A stretch of 46,787 bases of DNA from positions 1 through 46,787 of the forward strand of contig JAVVUJ010000002.1 in assembly GCA_036653195.1 (NCBI GenBank), given 5' to 3'. A program made the position numbers and the translations under genes. Shown here piece by piece: positions 36,568-45,377 of this stretch. The stretch's first letter is position 1. Each line of letters begins with the position of its first letter. The notes beneath the pieces are model-generated. The model saw nothing but the letters and a program-made list of their open reading frames with translations, did no database searches and was not told where the DNA came from. Origin of the DNA: Anaerovorax sp. GTDB taxonomy: Bacteria > Bacillota > Clostridia > Peptostreptococcales > Anaerovoracaceae.

Positions 36568-38007
36568 ATGCCCATCATAGTACCATATGTACCTGAATAC
36601 ATTACCGTTCATTTAGGTTCTCCAGACAGCAATGCAAGAAATGTAAAAGTAACGTTTATGGATTATATTAAAAACGTTGCCTCCAGTGAAATTTATCCTA
36701 CATGGGGCGAATCAGCCATTTTTGCCAATGTTTACGCGCAAACATCCTTTGCTTTAAATCGTATTTATACAGAGTTTTATCCCAGCAAAGGGTATAATTT
36801 CAACATTACAAACACCACAGCTTTAGATCAAAGCTTTACCCCGGGTCGAAATATTTTTTCTAATATTGATAAAATTGTGAGCAACTTGTTTAACGATTAT
36901 ATTAGAAAGCAAGGTTTTATTGAGCCCCTTGCAGCTAAATATTGCAACGGTACGACTTCAACTTGTCAAGGTCTCTCTCAATGGGGCAGCGAAGACTTGT
37001 CTAGGCAAGGAAAAAGTGCTTATGAAATTTTGCAGACCTATTATGGAAAGAACATAGACATTGTTTCAAATGCACCTGTAAAAGGGATTATCCAATCTTA
37101 TTCCGGAACGCCACTTCGCAAAGGAAGTAGCGGAACCGATGTGAAAATTATACAAACTCTGTTGAATCGTATTTCTCAAGATTATCCCATCATCCCTAAA
37201 ATCAATCCTGTAGATGCTGTTTTCGGGGAAAATACTGAAAATGCAGTAAAGGTATTCCAAGGAATTTTTAATTTAACACAAGATGGGATTGTAGGGAAGG
37301 CCACTTGGTATAAAATAGTCTCATTATATGTAGGTGTGAAAAAACTGGGCGAGTTGGAATCAGAAGGGCAGACTATATTTGGATATTCGTTGGAATATCC
37401 GGATGCACTTTCGGCAGGGGACAAAGGGGAAAAAGTGATCATTCTGCAACTTTTCTTGTCTATGTTGACTCAATTTTACAGTGATATTCCCTTTCTGTTA
37501 ATTACCGGAATTTATGATCAAGGGACGATTAATGGGGTGGTAGCCTTCCAAAAAAACAATAACTTACCCGAAAGTGGAGAAGTAGATGATTACACTTGGA
37601 ATTTAATTTATGAATGTTACCGGGGTATCATTGATACTGTCTTTGGGGCGAATTTGCAAAGAACCATTAATGCGGAACCCTTTCCGGGGGAAATTTTAAG
37701 GATTGGGTCCAAGGGAGATTCGGTTCGCACTTTGCAACAATATCTCAATACGGTTTCCCAGACCGTGACCACCATTTCACCCGTTGCTGTTACCGGATTT
37801 TTCGGAGACAGTACACAGAATGCGGTGAAGGAGTTTCAAGATTGGGTGGCCTTGCCACAAAGCGGATCTGTAGGAAGGGTAACTTGGAATGAACTGATTA
37901 ATGCCTTTAAAGATACGGTATCCACAGGTACGGCAGCACCAAGGCAATATCCCGGTTTTGTTTTAAAGCTTGGTACGGTAGATCCTACCATCGCAGGAAA
38001 GGAATAA
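36568..38007 (+). CDS. SleC-like spore cortex-lytic enzyme: catalytic region plus three PG_binding_1 repeats
   Basis: GGAGGGGGGA SD. VPEYITVHLGSPDSNARNVKVTFMDYIKNVASSEIYPTWGESAIFANVYAQTSFALNRIYTEFYPSKGYNFNITNTTALDQSF and CQGLSQWGS match the mature SleC core as I recall it. Three repeats of the G..G..V..LQ..L....DG.FG..T..AV..FQ....L...G.V...TW type follow. Confidence 0.75.
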   Translation: MPIIVPYVPEYITVHLGSPDSNARNVKVTFMDYIKNVASSEIYPTWGESAIFANVYAQTSFALNRIYTEFYPSKGYNFNITNTTALDQSFTPGRNIFSNIDKIVSNLFNDYIRKQGFIEPLAAKYCNGTTSTCQGLSQWGSEDLSRQGKSAYEILQTYYGKNIDIVSNAPVKGIIQSYSGTPLRKGSSGTDVKIIQTLLNRISQDYPIIPKINPVDAVFGENTENAVKVFQGIFNLTQDGIVGKATWYKIVSLYVGVKKLGELESEGQTIFGYSLEYPDALSAGDKGEKVIILQLFLSMLTQFYSDIPFLLITGIYDQGTINGVVAFQKNNNLPESGEVDDYTWNLIYECYRGIIDTVFGANLQRTINAEPFPGEILRIGSKGDSVRTLQQYLNTVSQTVTTISPVAVTGFFGDSTQNAVKEFQDWVALPQSGSVGRVTWNELINAFKDTVSTGTAAPRQYPGFVLKLGTVDPTIAGKE

Positions 38008-38012
38008 AGACT

Positions 38013-38531
38013 ATGGCAATGGAAAACACCATTATCCCCATTTCAGGCCAATCTGTACGAAGTTTACAGACTTTTTTACGAGTGATTTCAGATTATTATA
38101 AAAGTGCGCCTATTGTTATACCGGATGGTATTTACGGCGCACAAACCCAGTTGGCGGTATCCGCCTTTCAACAAGCCTTTGGATTGCCGGAAACAGGAGA
38201 AGTCAATTATGATTGTTGGGTTAAAATCGTAAGCGTATATGACCAAATTCAGGTGCTTATCAAGGAACCTGAAAAAATTCGATTGATTCCAAAAGCAAAA
38301 TTGAACATCCAACACAATGCGAAAGGAACCCACGTAATTGCTGTGAAAGGTGTTTTAAATGCCATCGGAAGTCAGTATGTTAACTTTAATCCCTTGACGC
38401 CAAGCGATATCCATGAAGAAACTTCTATAGAGATGGTTGTGGCGTTACAAAAAATATTTGATATAGAACCTACGGGTATTATTGACATTCATACATGGGA
38501 TAAAATCTCAAAGTTGTATGCGTCTCTATAA
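38013..38531 (+). CDS. Stand-alone protein with two peptidoglycan-binding (PG_binding_1) domains
   Basis: SVRSLQTFLRVIS...PDGIYGAQTQLAVSAFQQAFGLPETGEVNYDCWVKI, plus a second degenerate copy ending EPTGIIDIHTWDKI. Confidence 0.75.
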   Translation: MAMENTIIPISGQSVRSLQTFLRVISDYYKSAPIVIPDGIYGAQTQLAVSAFQQAFGLPETGEVNYDCWVKIVSVYDQIQVLIKEPEKIRLIPKAKLNIQHNAKGTHVIAVKGVLNAIGSQYVNFNPLTPSDIHEETSIEMVVALQKIFDIEPTGIIDIHTWDKISKLYASL

Positions 38532-38693
38532 ATTTTATTTAAGGGCACACCCTAAAAACACAAAAAAAAACAAGGTGAAATTTTCATGGGGTGCAAGAGA
38601 AGTCTGTCTTTGCATGGTATTTTACACTGTATTTTAATGAGTTCATATGGTACAATACAATGTAAGATAAAATTAGTGAGAAGGGTTCAAACA

Positions 38694-41381
38694 ATGCAAT
38701 TAACACCGATGATGCAACAATATATGGAGATAAAGGCAAACTATCAAGATTGTATTTTATTTTTTCGTTTAGGCGATTTTTATGAAATGTTTTTTGAAGA
38801 TGCAATGATTGCCTCCAAAGAAATGGAAGTTACTTTAACTGGAAAGAACTGTGGTCAAGAAGAAAAAGCACCCATGTGCGGTGTGCCCTATCATGCGGTA
38901 GATACATATATTGCAAGACTGGTAGAAAAAGGATTTAAAGTGGCCATCTGTGAACAGGTGGAAGATCCTGCGTTGGCAAAAGGCATTGTAAAGCGTGAAG
39001 TCATCCAAATCATCACACCGGGTACGGTTTTAAGTCAAACCATGCTCAGTGAAAAAGAAAATAACTATCTTGCTTCTGTTTTTATCAATGAAGGCGGTGG
39101 TGCAATGGCTTACTGTGACATTACAACGGGAGAAATCAGTGGCACACAAATGAATGGAAGCCTTTGTGAAGATCAATTAATCAATGAATTGGTGAAAATA
39201 AATGCCAAGGAAGTGCTTATTAACCACAGCGCAGTGGAAGAAGAACTGGATCCGGCGTTTTCAAAGCAGGATGGATTTGCAAAGAGAATACAAAATGCAA
39301 CCAATGCCTATTTGACGAAGCTTAATGATGGTTATTTTGATCTTGCTTCTGCAGAAACTACCATAGTCAAACAATTTAAGGTGAAGTCCTTAATGGGGCT
39401 TGGACTTGAAGAAAAGAAAACCGTTGTTTGTGCCTTGGGCGCACTTTTAACCTATTTGTTTGAAACACAAAAACAGCAATTGGAACAGTTTACACGTGTC
39501 AATATTTACGACATCGAAAATCACATGTCTTTAGATAAAGCGACCATTAAAAATCTTGAAATTTCAGAGACCTTGTTTGAAAAAAAAGTACAGGGATCTC
39601 TTCTTGGCGTGTTAGATAAAACCCATACAGCCATGGGTTCCAGAAAAATGAAACAATGGCTAAAAGAACCTCTCAATGATACACAGTTTATTAACAGAAG
39701 GTTGGATGCTGTAGAAGTCTTGACAGAAGATATTTTACTGCGGAATCATCTAAAAGAAGGACTTAAAAAAATCTATGATTTAGAGCGATTAGCCGGACGT
39801 GTGGCTTCCGGGAATGCCAATGGTAAAGATTTGGTGGCTTTGATGAGTTCTATTTTTCCTTTGCCTGATTTAAAAAACGATTTAAAGGATTGCGGGGATT
39901 TTTTATTAGAGGAAATAGAAACAGCCATTAACCCTTTAGAGGAAGTTTACCGTCTGATTGAAGGCGCCATTGTAGACGAGCCAACCTTTCTTATTAAAGA
40001 AGGAGGCTTGATTCGTGCCGGCTATTCTGAAGAATTAGATAAAATCAAAGATTCTATTAAGGACGGTCAAAATTGGATTGCCGCTTTAGAAGGTTTAGAG
40101 AGAGAAAGAACCGGCGTTAAAAATCTAAAAGTAGGGTTTAATAAGGTGTTTGGCTATTATTTAGAAATCACCAAGTCTTACTATGACTTGATTCCGGAAA
40201 ATTATATTCGCAAGCAAACCTTGGCAAATTGTGAACGCTTTATTACCCCGGAATTAAAAGAAGTGGAACATGTTGTACTCAATGCAGAAACCAAAATTAA
40301 CCAGCTTGAATATGAATTGTTTATAGAACTCAGAAAGATGATTCAAGAATATATTCCCGCTATGCAGTCTACCGCACAGGCTATTGCGGCACTGGATGTG
40401 CTCACTTCGTTTGCGGAGGTTGCAAGCAAATTGGACTATGTCAAACCGACGATTACAAATGGTGATGTGATTAAAATTCAAAAGGGAAGACATCCTGTCA
40501 TTGAAAACACCATAAAAGATGGTATCTTCGTCTCCAATGATGTGTATATGGATAAAAAAGAGAACAGTATGCTTTTGATCACAGGGCCGAATATGTCAGG
40601 AAAATCCACTTATATGCGTCAAATTGCCTTGCTTGTGCTTATGGCGCAGGCAGGCTCTTTCGTCCCCGCAGAAAAGGCACAGATTGGTGTGGTAGACAGA
40701 ATCTATACACGGATTGGCGCTTCTGATAATTTAGCCCAAGGGCAGAGCACATTTTTTGTGGAAATGAGTGAATTGGCTTATATTTTAAATACTGCCACAG
40801 ATAAAAGTTTGATTATTTTAGATGAAATCGGAAGAGGGACAAGCACCTATGACGGACTTTCTATTGCTTTTTCTGTAGTGGATTACCTTTGTAACCGTAC
40901 TAGGCAGATGAGAACTCTCTTTGCCACACATTATCACGAACTTACCGTTTTAGAAGGGGTAATGAAAGGGTTAAAAAACCTAAACGTAGATGTACAGGAA
41001 AAGGACGGAACCATTGTTTTTCTCCACAAAATTGTGTCAGGAAGTGCCAGTCGAAGTTATGGAATTCACGTGGCAAAATTAGCGGGCGTTCCAAAGGAGC
41101 TGCTGCAAGTTGCCCAAGAAAAGCTGTTGGAGCTGGAAGCCACAGGCGCATCTATTCAATTGAGTCCTTGCAGTCCCTCTGCAAAAGATTTGACGGCAGG
41201 CAGGGAGGAAACTGTTGTAAACAAGGATGAAATGATTCCTGAAATAGAGCAACTATCTTTCTTTAGCTTTGCACCAAATCCTGTAGTAGAACGGTTGAAA
41301 GCACTGGATTTAATGGAAATTACACCTTCGAAAGCCTTTGAAATTTTAGAAGAATTGAAAAAAGCAGCATTGAACAGTTAA
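38694..41381 (+). CDS. mutS: DNA mismatch repair protein MutS
   Basis: MQLTPMMQQYMEIKANYQDCILFFRLGDFYEMFFEDA start and Walker A ITGPNMSGKSTYMRQ, followed by DEIGRGTSTYDG. The ORF-track start at 38586 is an upstream in-frame extension. Confidence 0.97.
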   Translation: MQLTPMMQQYMEIKANYQDCILFFRLGDFYEMFFEDAMIASKEMEVTLTGKNCGQEEKAPMCGVPYHAVDTYIARLVEKGFKVAICEQVEDPALAKGIVKREVIQIITPGTVLSQTMLSEKENNYLASVFINEGGGAMAYCDITTGEISGTQMNGSLCEDQLINELVKINAKEVLINHSAVEEELDPAFSKQDGFAKRIQNATNAYLTKLNDGYFDLASAETTIVKQFKVKSLMGLGLEEKKTVVCALGALLTYLFETQKQQLEQFTRVNIYDIENHMSLDKATIKNLEISETLFEKKVQGSLLGVLDKTHTAMGSRKMKQWLKEPLNDTQFINRRLDAVEVLTEDILLRNHLKEGLKKIYDLERLAGRVASGNANGKDLVALMSSIFPLPDLKNDLKDCGDFLLEEIETAINPLEEVYRLIEGAIVDEPTFLIKEGGLIRAGYSEELDKIKDSIKDGQNWIAALEGLERERTGVKNLKVGFNKVFGYYLEITKSYYDLIPENYIRKQTLANCERFITPELKEVEHVVLNAETKINQLEYELFIELRKMIQEYIPAMQSTAQAIAALDVLTSFAEVASKLDYVKPTITNGDVIKIQKGRHPVIENTIKDGIFVSNDVYMDKKENSMLLITGPNMSGKSTYMRQIALLVLMAQAGSFVPAEKAQIGVVDRIYTRIGASDNLAQGQSTFFVEMSELAYILNTATDKSLIILDEIGRGTSTYDGLSIAFSVVDYLCNRTRQMRTLFATHYHELTVLEGVMKGLKNLNVDVQEKDGTIVFLHKIVSGSASRSYGIHVAKLAGVPKELLQVAQEKLLELEATGASIQLSPCSPSAKDLTAGREETVVNKDEMIPEIEQLSFFSFAPNPVVERLKALDLMEITPSKAFEILEELKKAALNS

Positions 41382-41413
41382 AACAATTCCATGATTGAAT
41401 GAGGGTAAAAGAG

Positions 41414-43288
41414 ATGAGAACAGTAGATGAAAAGTCCAAATCCAAAATAGAAATTCGTCAACTCCCAAAACTTGTAGCAGATCAAATTGCTGCGGGAGAA
41501 GTGGTGGATCGTCCCCTTTCCATTGTAAAAGAATTGGTAGAAAACGCCATTGATGCAGGTAGCAATTCCATTGTTACGGAAATTAAAAATGGTGGAAAAA
41601 CCTATATTCGTGTGACGGACAATGGATCTGGCATTCCAAAAGAGCAGGTAGAATTGGCGTTTCAGCGTCATGCTACCAGCAAGATACGAATGAGTCAAGA
41701 TTTGGAACATATTACCAGTCTTGGATTTAGAGGTGAAGCATTATCCAGTATTGCTGCCGTTTCCAAAGTGGAATTGATTACAAAATTAAATAAGCACAGT
41801 GAAGAAATGACAAGAGAGAGTGGTATTTCTATAAAAATAGAAGGCGGAGAACTTGTAGAAAAAAGTGAAATAGGCTGTCAAGAGGGGACTACCGTCATCG
41901 TTTCGGATTTGTTTTACAATACACCGGCACGTTATAAATTTATGAAACCGGATCATACAGAAAGTTCCTTAATTATTGACTTTGTGTCTAAAATGGCTTT
42001 GGCTTATCCGGGAATTAAATTTAGATTGATTAATAATCAAAATATCCTGTTTTCAACCAATGGCAAAGGCGACATTCTATCGAATATTTTTACCGTTTAC
42101 AGTAAAGAAATGAGCAATCAGTTGATTCATTTAAAAAAACAGGACGGCCTTATGAGATTGGAAGCCTTTATATCCGGTCCTCAATATACGAAAGCCACCA
42201 AAAAAAATCAAATTTTTTTTGTAAATGGTCGCCATATTAACAGCAAGCTTTTAGAAACGGCCATAAAAGACGGTTATAGAGAAAAAATTTTTGAAGGAAG
42301 ATTTCCAACGGTGTTTTTATTTTTATGGGTAAGTCCGGAAAGTTTAGATGTGAACATCCATCCGAATAAAAAAGAAGTGCGTTTCGATGATGAAAAGGAT
42401 GTGATGACATTTGTAACACGGGCAATCTTTGAAAACTTAAATAAAAAAGAAGCCATACCTGAAATAAAGAAAGAAAACATTTTTGCTTTAAAAACAGACA
42501 GTTTAGCATCTGCAATAAACGCCAAACCCTTGGAATACAATGGGCTGCAAGAACAAGTAAACATAAAACATTTACAGGAAACTAGTGTGTCTGAGACAAA
42601 AACCACCTATGAACCTGTTAAAACTGTGAATATATCAGCGCAATTACCTGTTAAAACCGTAAAAGAAGGGGCCATTGAAATCCCCTTATCTACTAAAAAA
42701 AATCAACCCTTTCATATAGAAGAAATAGCCTTATTAGGTTCTATTTTTGGCACTTATATCCTTGGATGTGATGAGGATTCCTTTTATCTTATTGATCAGC
42801 ATGCTGCCCATGAGCGGATTTTTTATGAAGAATTACTTGAGAATTACAATAAAGAGGAAAAATTAAGCCAACAGATTTTGCTGCCTATGATCATTCAGGT
42901 CAGTTTATCTGTGAAGAATGATGGGCTTAATTGGTTAGGATTTTTGAATACCATTGGTTTTGAAATTGAAGAATTTGGAGATAAATCCTATAGGGTGACG
43001 GCAATACCTATGTTCATGGAACTCACAGAAGGGGATGATTTTTTAAATGATTTTTTAGACAATATTTCTGAAAATACAGATTTTAAAGACCAAAGACAAA
43101 TTGAAAAAATCATATCGCATTCTTGTAAAAGTGCTGTAAAAGCACATGATTTACTGGATATCAAGGAAATTTCAAAGCTTATGCGTGATTTAGCCTTATG
43201 TAAAAATCCATATTCTTGCCCTCATGGACGCCCTGTTTTTATAAAAATGACCAAATACGAAATTGAAAAAATGTTTAAGCGCGTATAA
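41414..43288 (+). CDS. mutL: DNA mismatch repair protein MutL
   Basis: IRQLPKLVADQIAAGEVVDRPLSIVKELVENAIDAG (GHKL ATPase), the DQHAAHERIFYE endonuclease motif and CPHGRP near the C-terminus. GAGGG lies 8 nt before ATG 41414. Confidence 0.96.
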   Translation: MRTVDEKSKSKIEIRQLPKLVADQIAAGEVVDRPLSIVKELVENAIDAGSNSIVTEIKNGGKTYIRVTDNGSGIPKEQVELAFQRHATSKIRMSQDLEHITSLGFRGEALSSIAAVSKVELITKLNKHSEEMTRESGISIKIEGGELVEKSEIGCQEGTTVIVSDLFYNTPARYKFMKPDHTESSLIIDFVSKMALAYPGIKFRLINNQNILFSTNGKGDILSNIFTVYSKEMSNQLIHLKKQDGLMRLEAFISGPQYTKATKKNQIFFVNGRHINSKLLETAIKDGYREKIFEGRFPTVFLFLWVSPESLDVNIHPNKKEVRFDDEKDVMTFVTRAIFENLNKKEAIPEIKKENIFALKTDSLASAINAKPLEYNGLQEQVNIKHLQETSVSETKTTYEPVKTVNISAQLPVKTVKEGAIEIPLSTKKNQPFHIEEIALLGSIFGTYILGCDEDSFYLIDQHAAHERIFYEELLENYNKEEKLSQQILLPMIIQVSLSVKNDGLNWLGFLNTIGFEIEEFGDKSYRVTAIPMFMELTEGDDFLNDFLDNISENTDFKDQRQIEKIISHSCKSAVKAHDLLDIKEISKLMRDLALCKNPYSCPHGRPVFIKMTKYEIEKMFKRV

Positions 43289-43326
43289 CCAAGGAAAATG
43301 GGAAATATGCCATAAAGGAGTCTCAA

Positions 43327-44244
43327 TTGGAAAAAATACTCATTATTGTGGGTCCTACAGCTGTAGGAAAAACAAAATATGCCATTGAAGCCGGGAAGCA
43401 GCTTCATGGTGAAATCATTTCTGCCGATTCTATGCAGCTTTATCAGCATTTAGATATTGGTAGCGCCAAACCAACTGCCACCGAATTGGCACAGGTGAAG
43501 CATTATTTGGTTGACGCCATTGATCCCGCCGCTGACTTTTCGGCAGCACAATATCAACGGTTGGCAAAAGAAGCCATAGCGCAAGTCCTTGCAAAAGGAA
43601 AATTGCCCATTGTTTCCGGCGGAACAGGGTTGTATATCAATTCTATTATCTATCAGATGGATTTTTCTACCCAACCAAAAGACACAGCATATAGGGAAGC
43701 ACTTGAGAGAGAAGCACAAATCTTTGGGAAAGAATACGTCCATAATTTGCTGAAAGAAAAGGATGCACAAGCAGCACAACGAATCCATCCCAATAACTTA
43801 AGAAAAGTAATTCGAGCCTTAGAGGTTTTAGAAAGCACAAATGTTGGTATAAAAGAATTCAAGCAGTCTTTCGTTAAGAACGCGGAGTATGAATATCGGT
43901 TAATCGGGTTAAATCGTGATCGGGAACAGTTGTATGGTAGAATTGATGCCAGGGTAGACCAATTGATTAACATGGGTCTCGTTGAAGAAGTCACCTCACT
44001 TTTAAATCGTGGCCTTTCGGAAAAGAACAGTTCTATGAAAGGAATCGGTTACAAGGAAATCATCGGTCACTTAAAGGGAGAATACGACTTGGAGCAGGCC
44101 ATCTATCTGGTGAAAAAAAACAGCCGAAATTATGCAAAACGACAATTGACGTGGTTCCGAAGATATGCAGATATAGAGTGGTTTCAGATTTCAGCGTACA
44201 GTTCGGAGGAAGTCGCTTTAGAGGAGTTTTTAAAATGGCTGTAA
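43327..44244 (+). CDS. miaA: tRNA dimethylallyltransferase
   Basis: TTG start with AAGGAG 6 nt upstream. P-loop IVGPTAVGKT, then ISADSMQLYQHLDIGSAKP and TWFRR. Confidence 0.95.
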   Translation: MEKILIIVGPTAVGKTKYAIEAGKQLHGEIISADSMQLYQHLDIGSAKPTATELAQVKHYLVDAIDPAADFSAAQYQRLAKEAIAQVLAKGKLPIVSGGTGLYINSIIYQMDFSTQPKDTAYREALEREAQIFGKEYVHNLLKEKDAQAAQRIHPNNLRKVIRALEVLESTNVGIKEFKQSFVKNAEYEYRLIGLNRDREQLYGRIDARVDQLINMGLVEEVTSLLNRGLSEKNSSMKGIGYKEIIGHLKGEYDLEQAIYLVKKNSRNYAKRQLTWFRRYADIEWFQISAYSSEEVALEEFLKWL

Positions 44245-45374
44245 AAAAAGAAATCCGTGTTCACAACAAAAGTGATAAACCTGATAACATCATCATGAAA
44301 GAAATTGAAATCAATGAAAAATCTCAAGAAATTCAAAAGGAATTGCCACATTTTTTAAATGGTTTTTTTGCATATTTAAAGGGAAATGTTCTGCCTATGA
44401 CAAGACTGGCCTACTTACGTGATATTCGTTTTTTTTGCAATTATTTAATGATGGAAACGGATTTGACAGAGGCAACAAAGACGGCTCAAATAAAATCGGA
44501 AGAATTCAACCAAATCAAGGCTATAGATGTAAATATATTCCTAGATTATTGCAGATGCTATAAGGTAGAAACGGAAAAGACAATTTATGTTTATGAAAAT
44601 GATAAGCGCTCTTTATCACGGAAAAAATCATCCTTATCCGTGCTGTTTAAATATCTTTATCGTGATGAGCTCATTGAAAAAAACATTACAGACGGATTTG
44701 ATCCCATTCGATTGCCCAAACCGGGTGAAAAAGAAATTAAAGCTTTGCAGGATGATGAAGTGATGAGAATGTTGGATGCAGTTTCAACGGGTGCAAATTT
44801 AACAAAAAAAGAGTTGCAATATTGGCAAAAGACAAAGAAAAGGGATAAGGCAATTTTAATGCTGTTTCTTACCTATGGTCTTCGTTTGTCTGAATTGCAA
44901 CAATTAAATGTATCTTCCTTGAACTTTAACAGAGGTGAATTTAAAATATACAGAAAAAAAGGGAAAGAGTCTATGATGCCTCTTAATAAATCGGTTATAA
45001 AAGTTTTGGCAGATTATGTAAATGAGGAACGGGCAGACAAAGAAAAGCTAACGGGAGACGCAGTGGATGCACTGTTTCTTTCTCTACAGGCAAAGAGGAT
45101 GACGGATAGGCAGATTAGAGAATTGGTTAAAAAATATACATCTATCGGCATGACTACCTCTCGATCTACAGGTTACAGTCCACATAAATTACGAGCCACG
45201 GCCGCCACCTCTCTCATAGAGAGAGGGAATTCGGTGTTTGACGTACAAGCACTATTGGATCACGATAATGTGACCACAACCCAACTTTATGCAAAACACA
45301 AAGCAAATGTAAAACGTGACTTGGTTACCCAATTTGAATGGGAAGACGAGTTTGAAGAGAAGGAGAAAAAGTAA
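44235..45374 (+). CDS. Tyrosine recombinase (Xer/phage-integrase family), all catalytic residues present
   Basis: GAGGAG lies 8 nt before ATG 44235, which overlaps the miaA stop (ATGGCTGTAA). Catalytic signature: LTYGLRLSEL (Arg), HKLRATAAT (H-x-x-R), LLDHDNVTTTQLY (His...Tyr). Confidence 0.88.
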   Translation: MAVKKEIRVHNKSDKPDNIIMKEIEINEKSQEIQKELPHFLNGFFAYLKGNVLPMTRLAYLRDIRFFCNYLMMETDLTEATKTAQIKSEEFNQIKAIDVNIFLDYCRCYKVETEKTIYVYENDKRSLSRKKSSLSVLFKYLYRDELIEKNITDGFDPIRLPKPGEKEIKALQDDEVMRMLDAVSTGANLTKKELQYWQKTKKRDKAILMLFLTYGLRLSELQQLNVSSLNFNRGEFKIYRKKGKESMMPLNKSVIKVLADYVNEERADKEKLTGDAVDALFLSLQAKRMTDRQIRELVKKYTSIGMTTSRSTGYSPHKLRATAATSLIERGNSVFDVQALLDHDNVTTTQLYAKHKANVKRDLVTQFEWEDEFEEKEKK

Positions 45375-45377
45375 AAA

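Noticed and set aside
38586-38693. Upstream in-frame extensions in the ORF track: mutS 38586, xseB 24351, recombinase 44151, CBS gene 8975, U32 4091, ylbF-like 1303, rnfE 31455, rnfA 32099, tlyA 27300.
   Set aside because: Each extension lacks an SD, overlaps the preceding gene or adds non-homologous residues. In every case an internal start with a good SD gives the canonical N-terminus.
44151-45374. The recombinase as the edge of a prophage, ICE or genomic island.
   Set aside because: It overlaps the miaA stop and abuts the next housekeeping gene. No att-like repeats, tRNA gene, excisionase or cargo genes are visible on either side.
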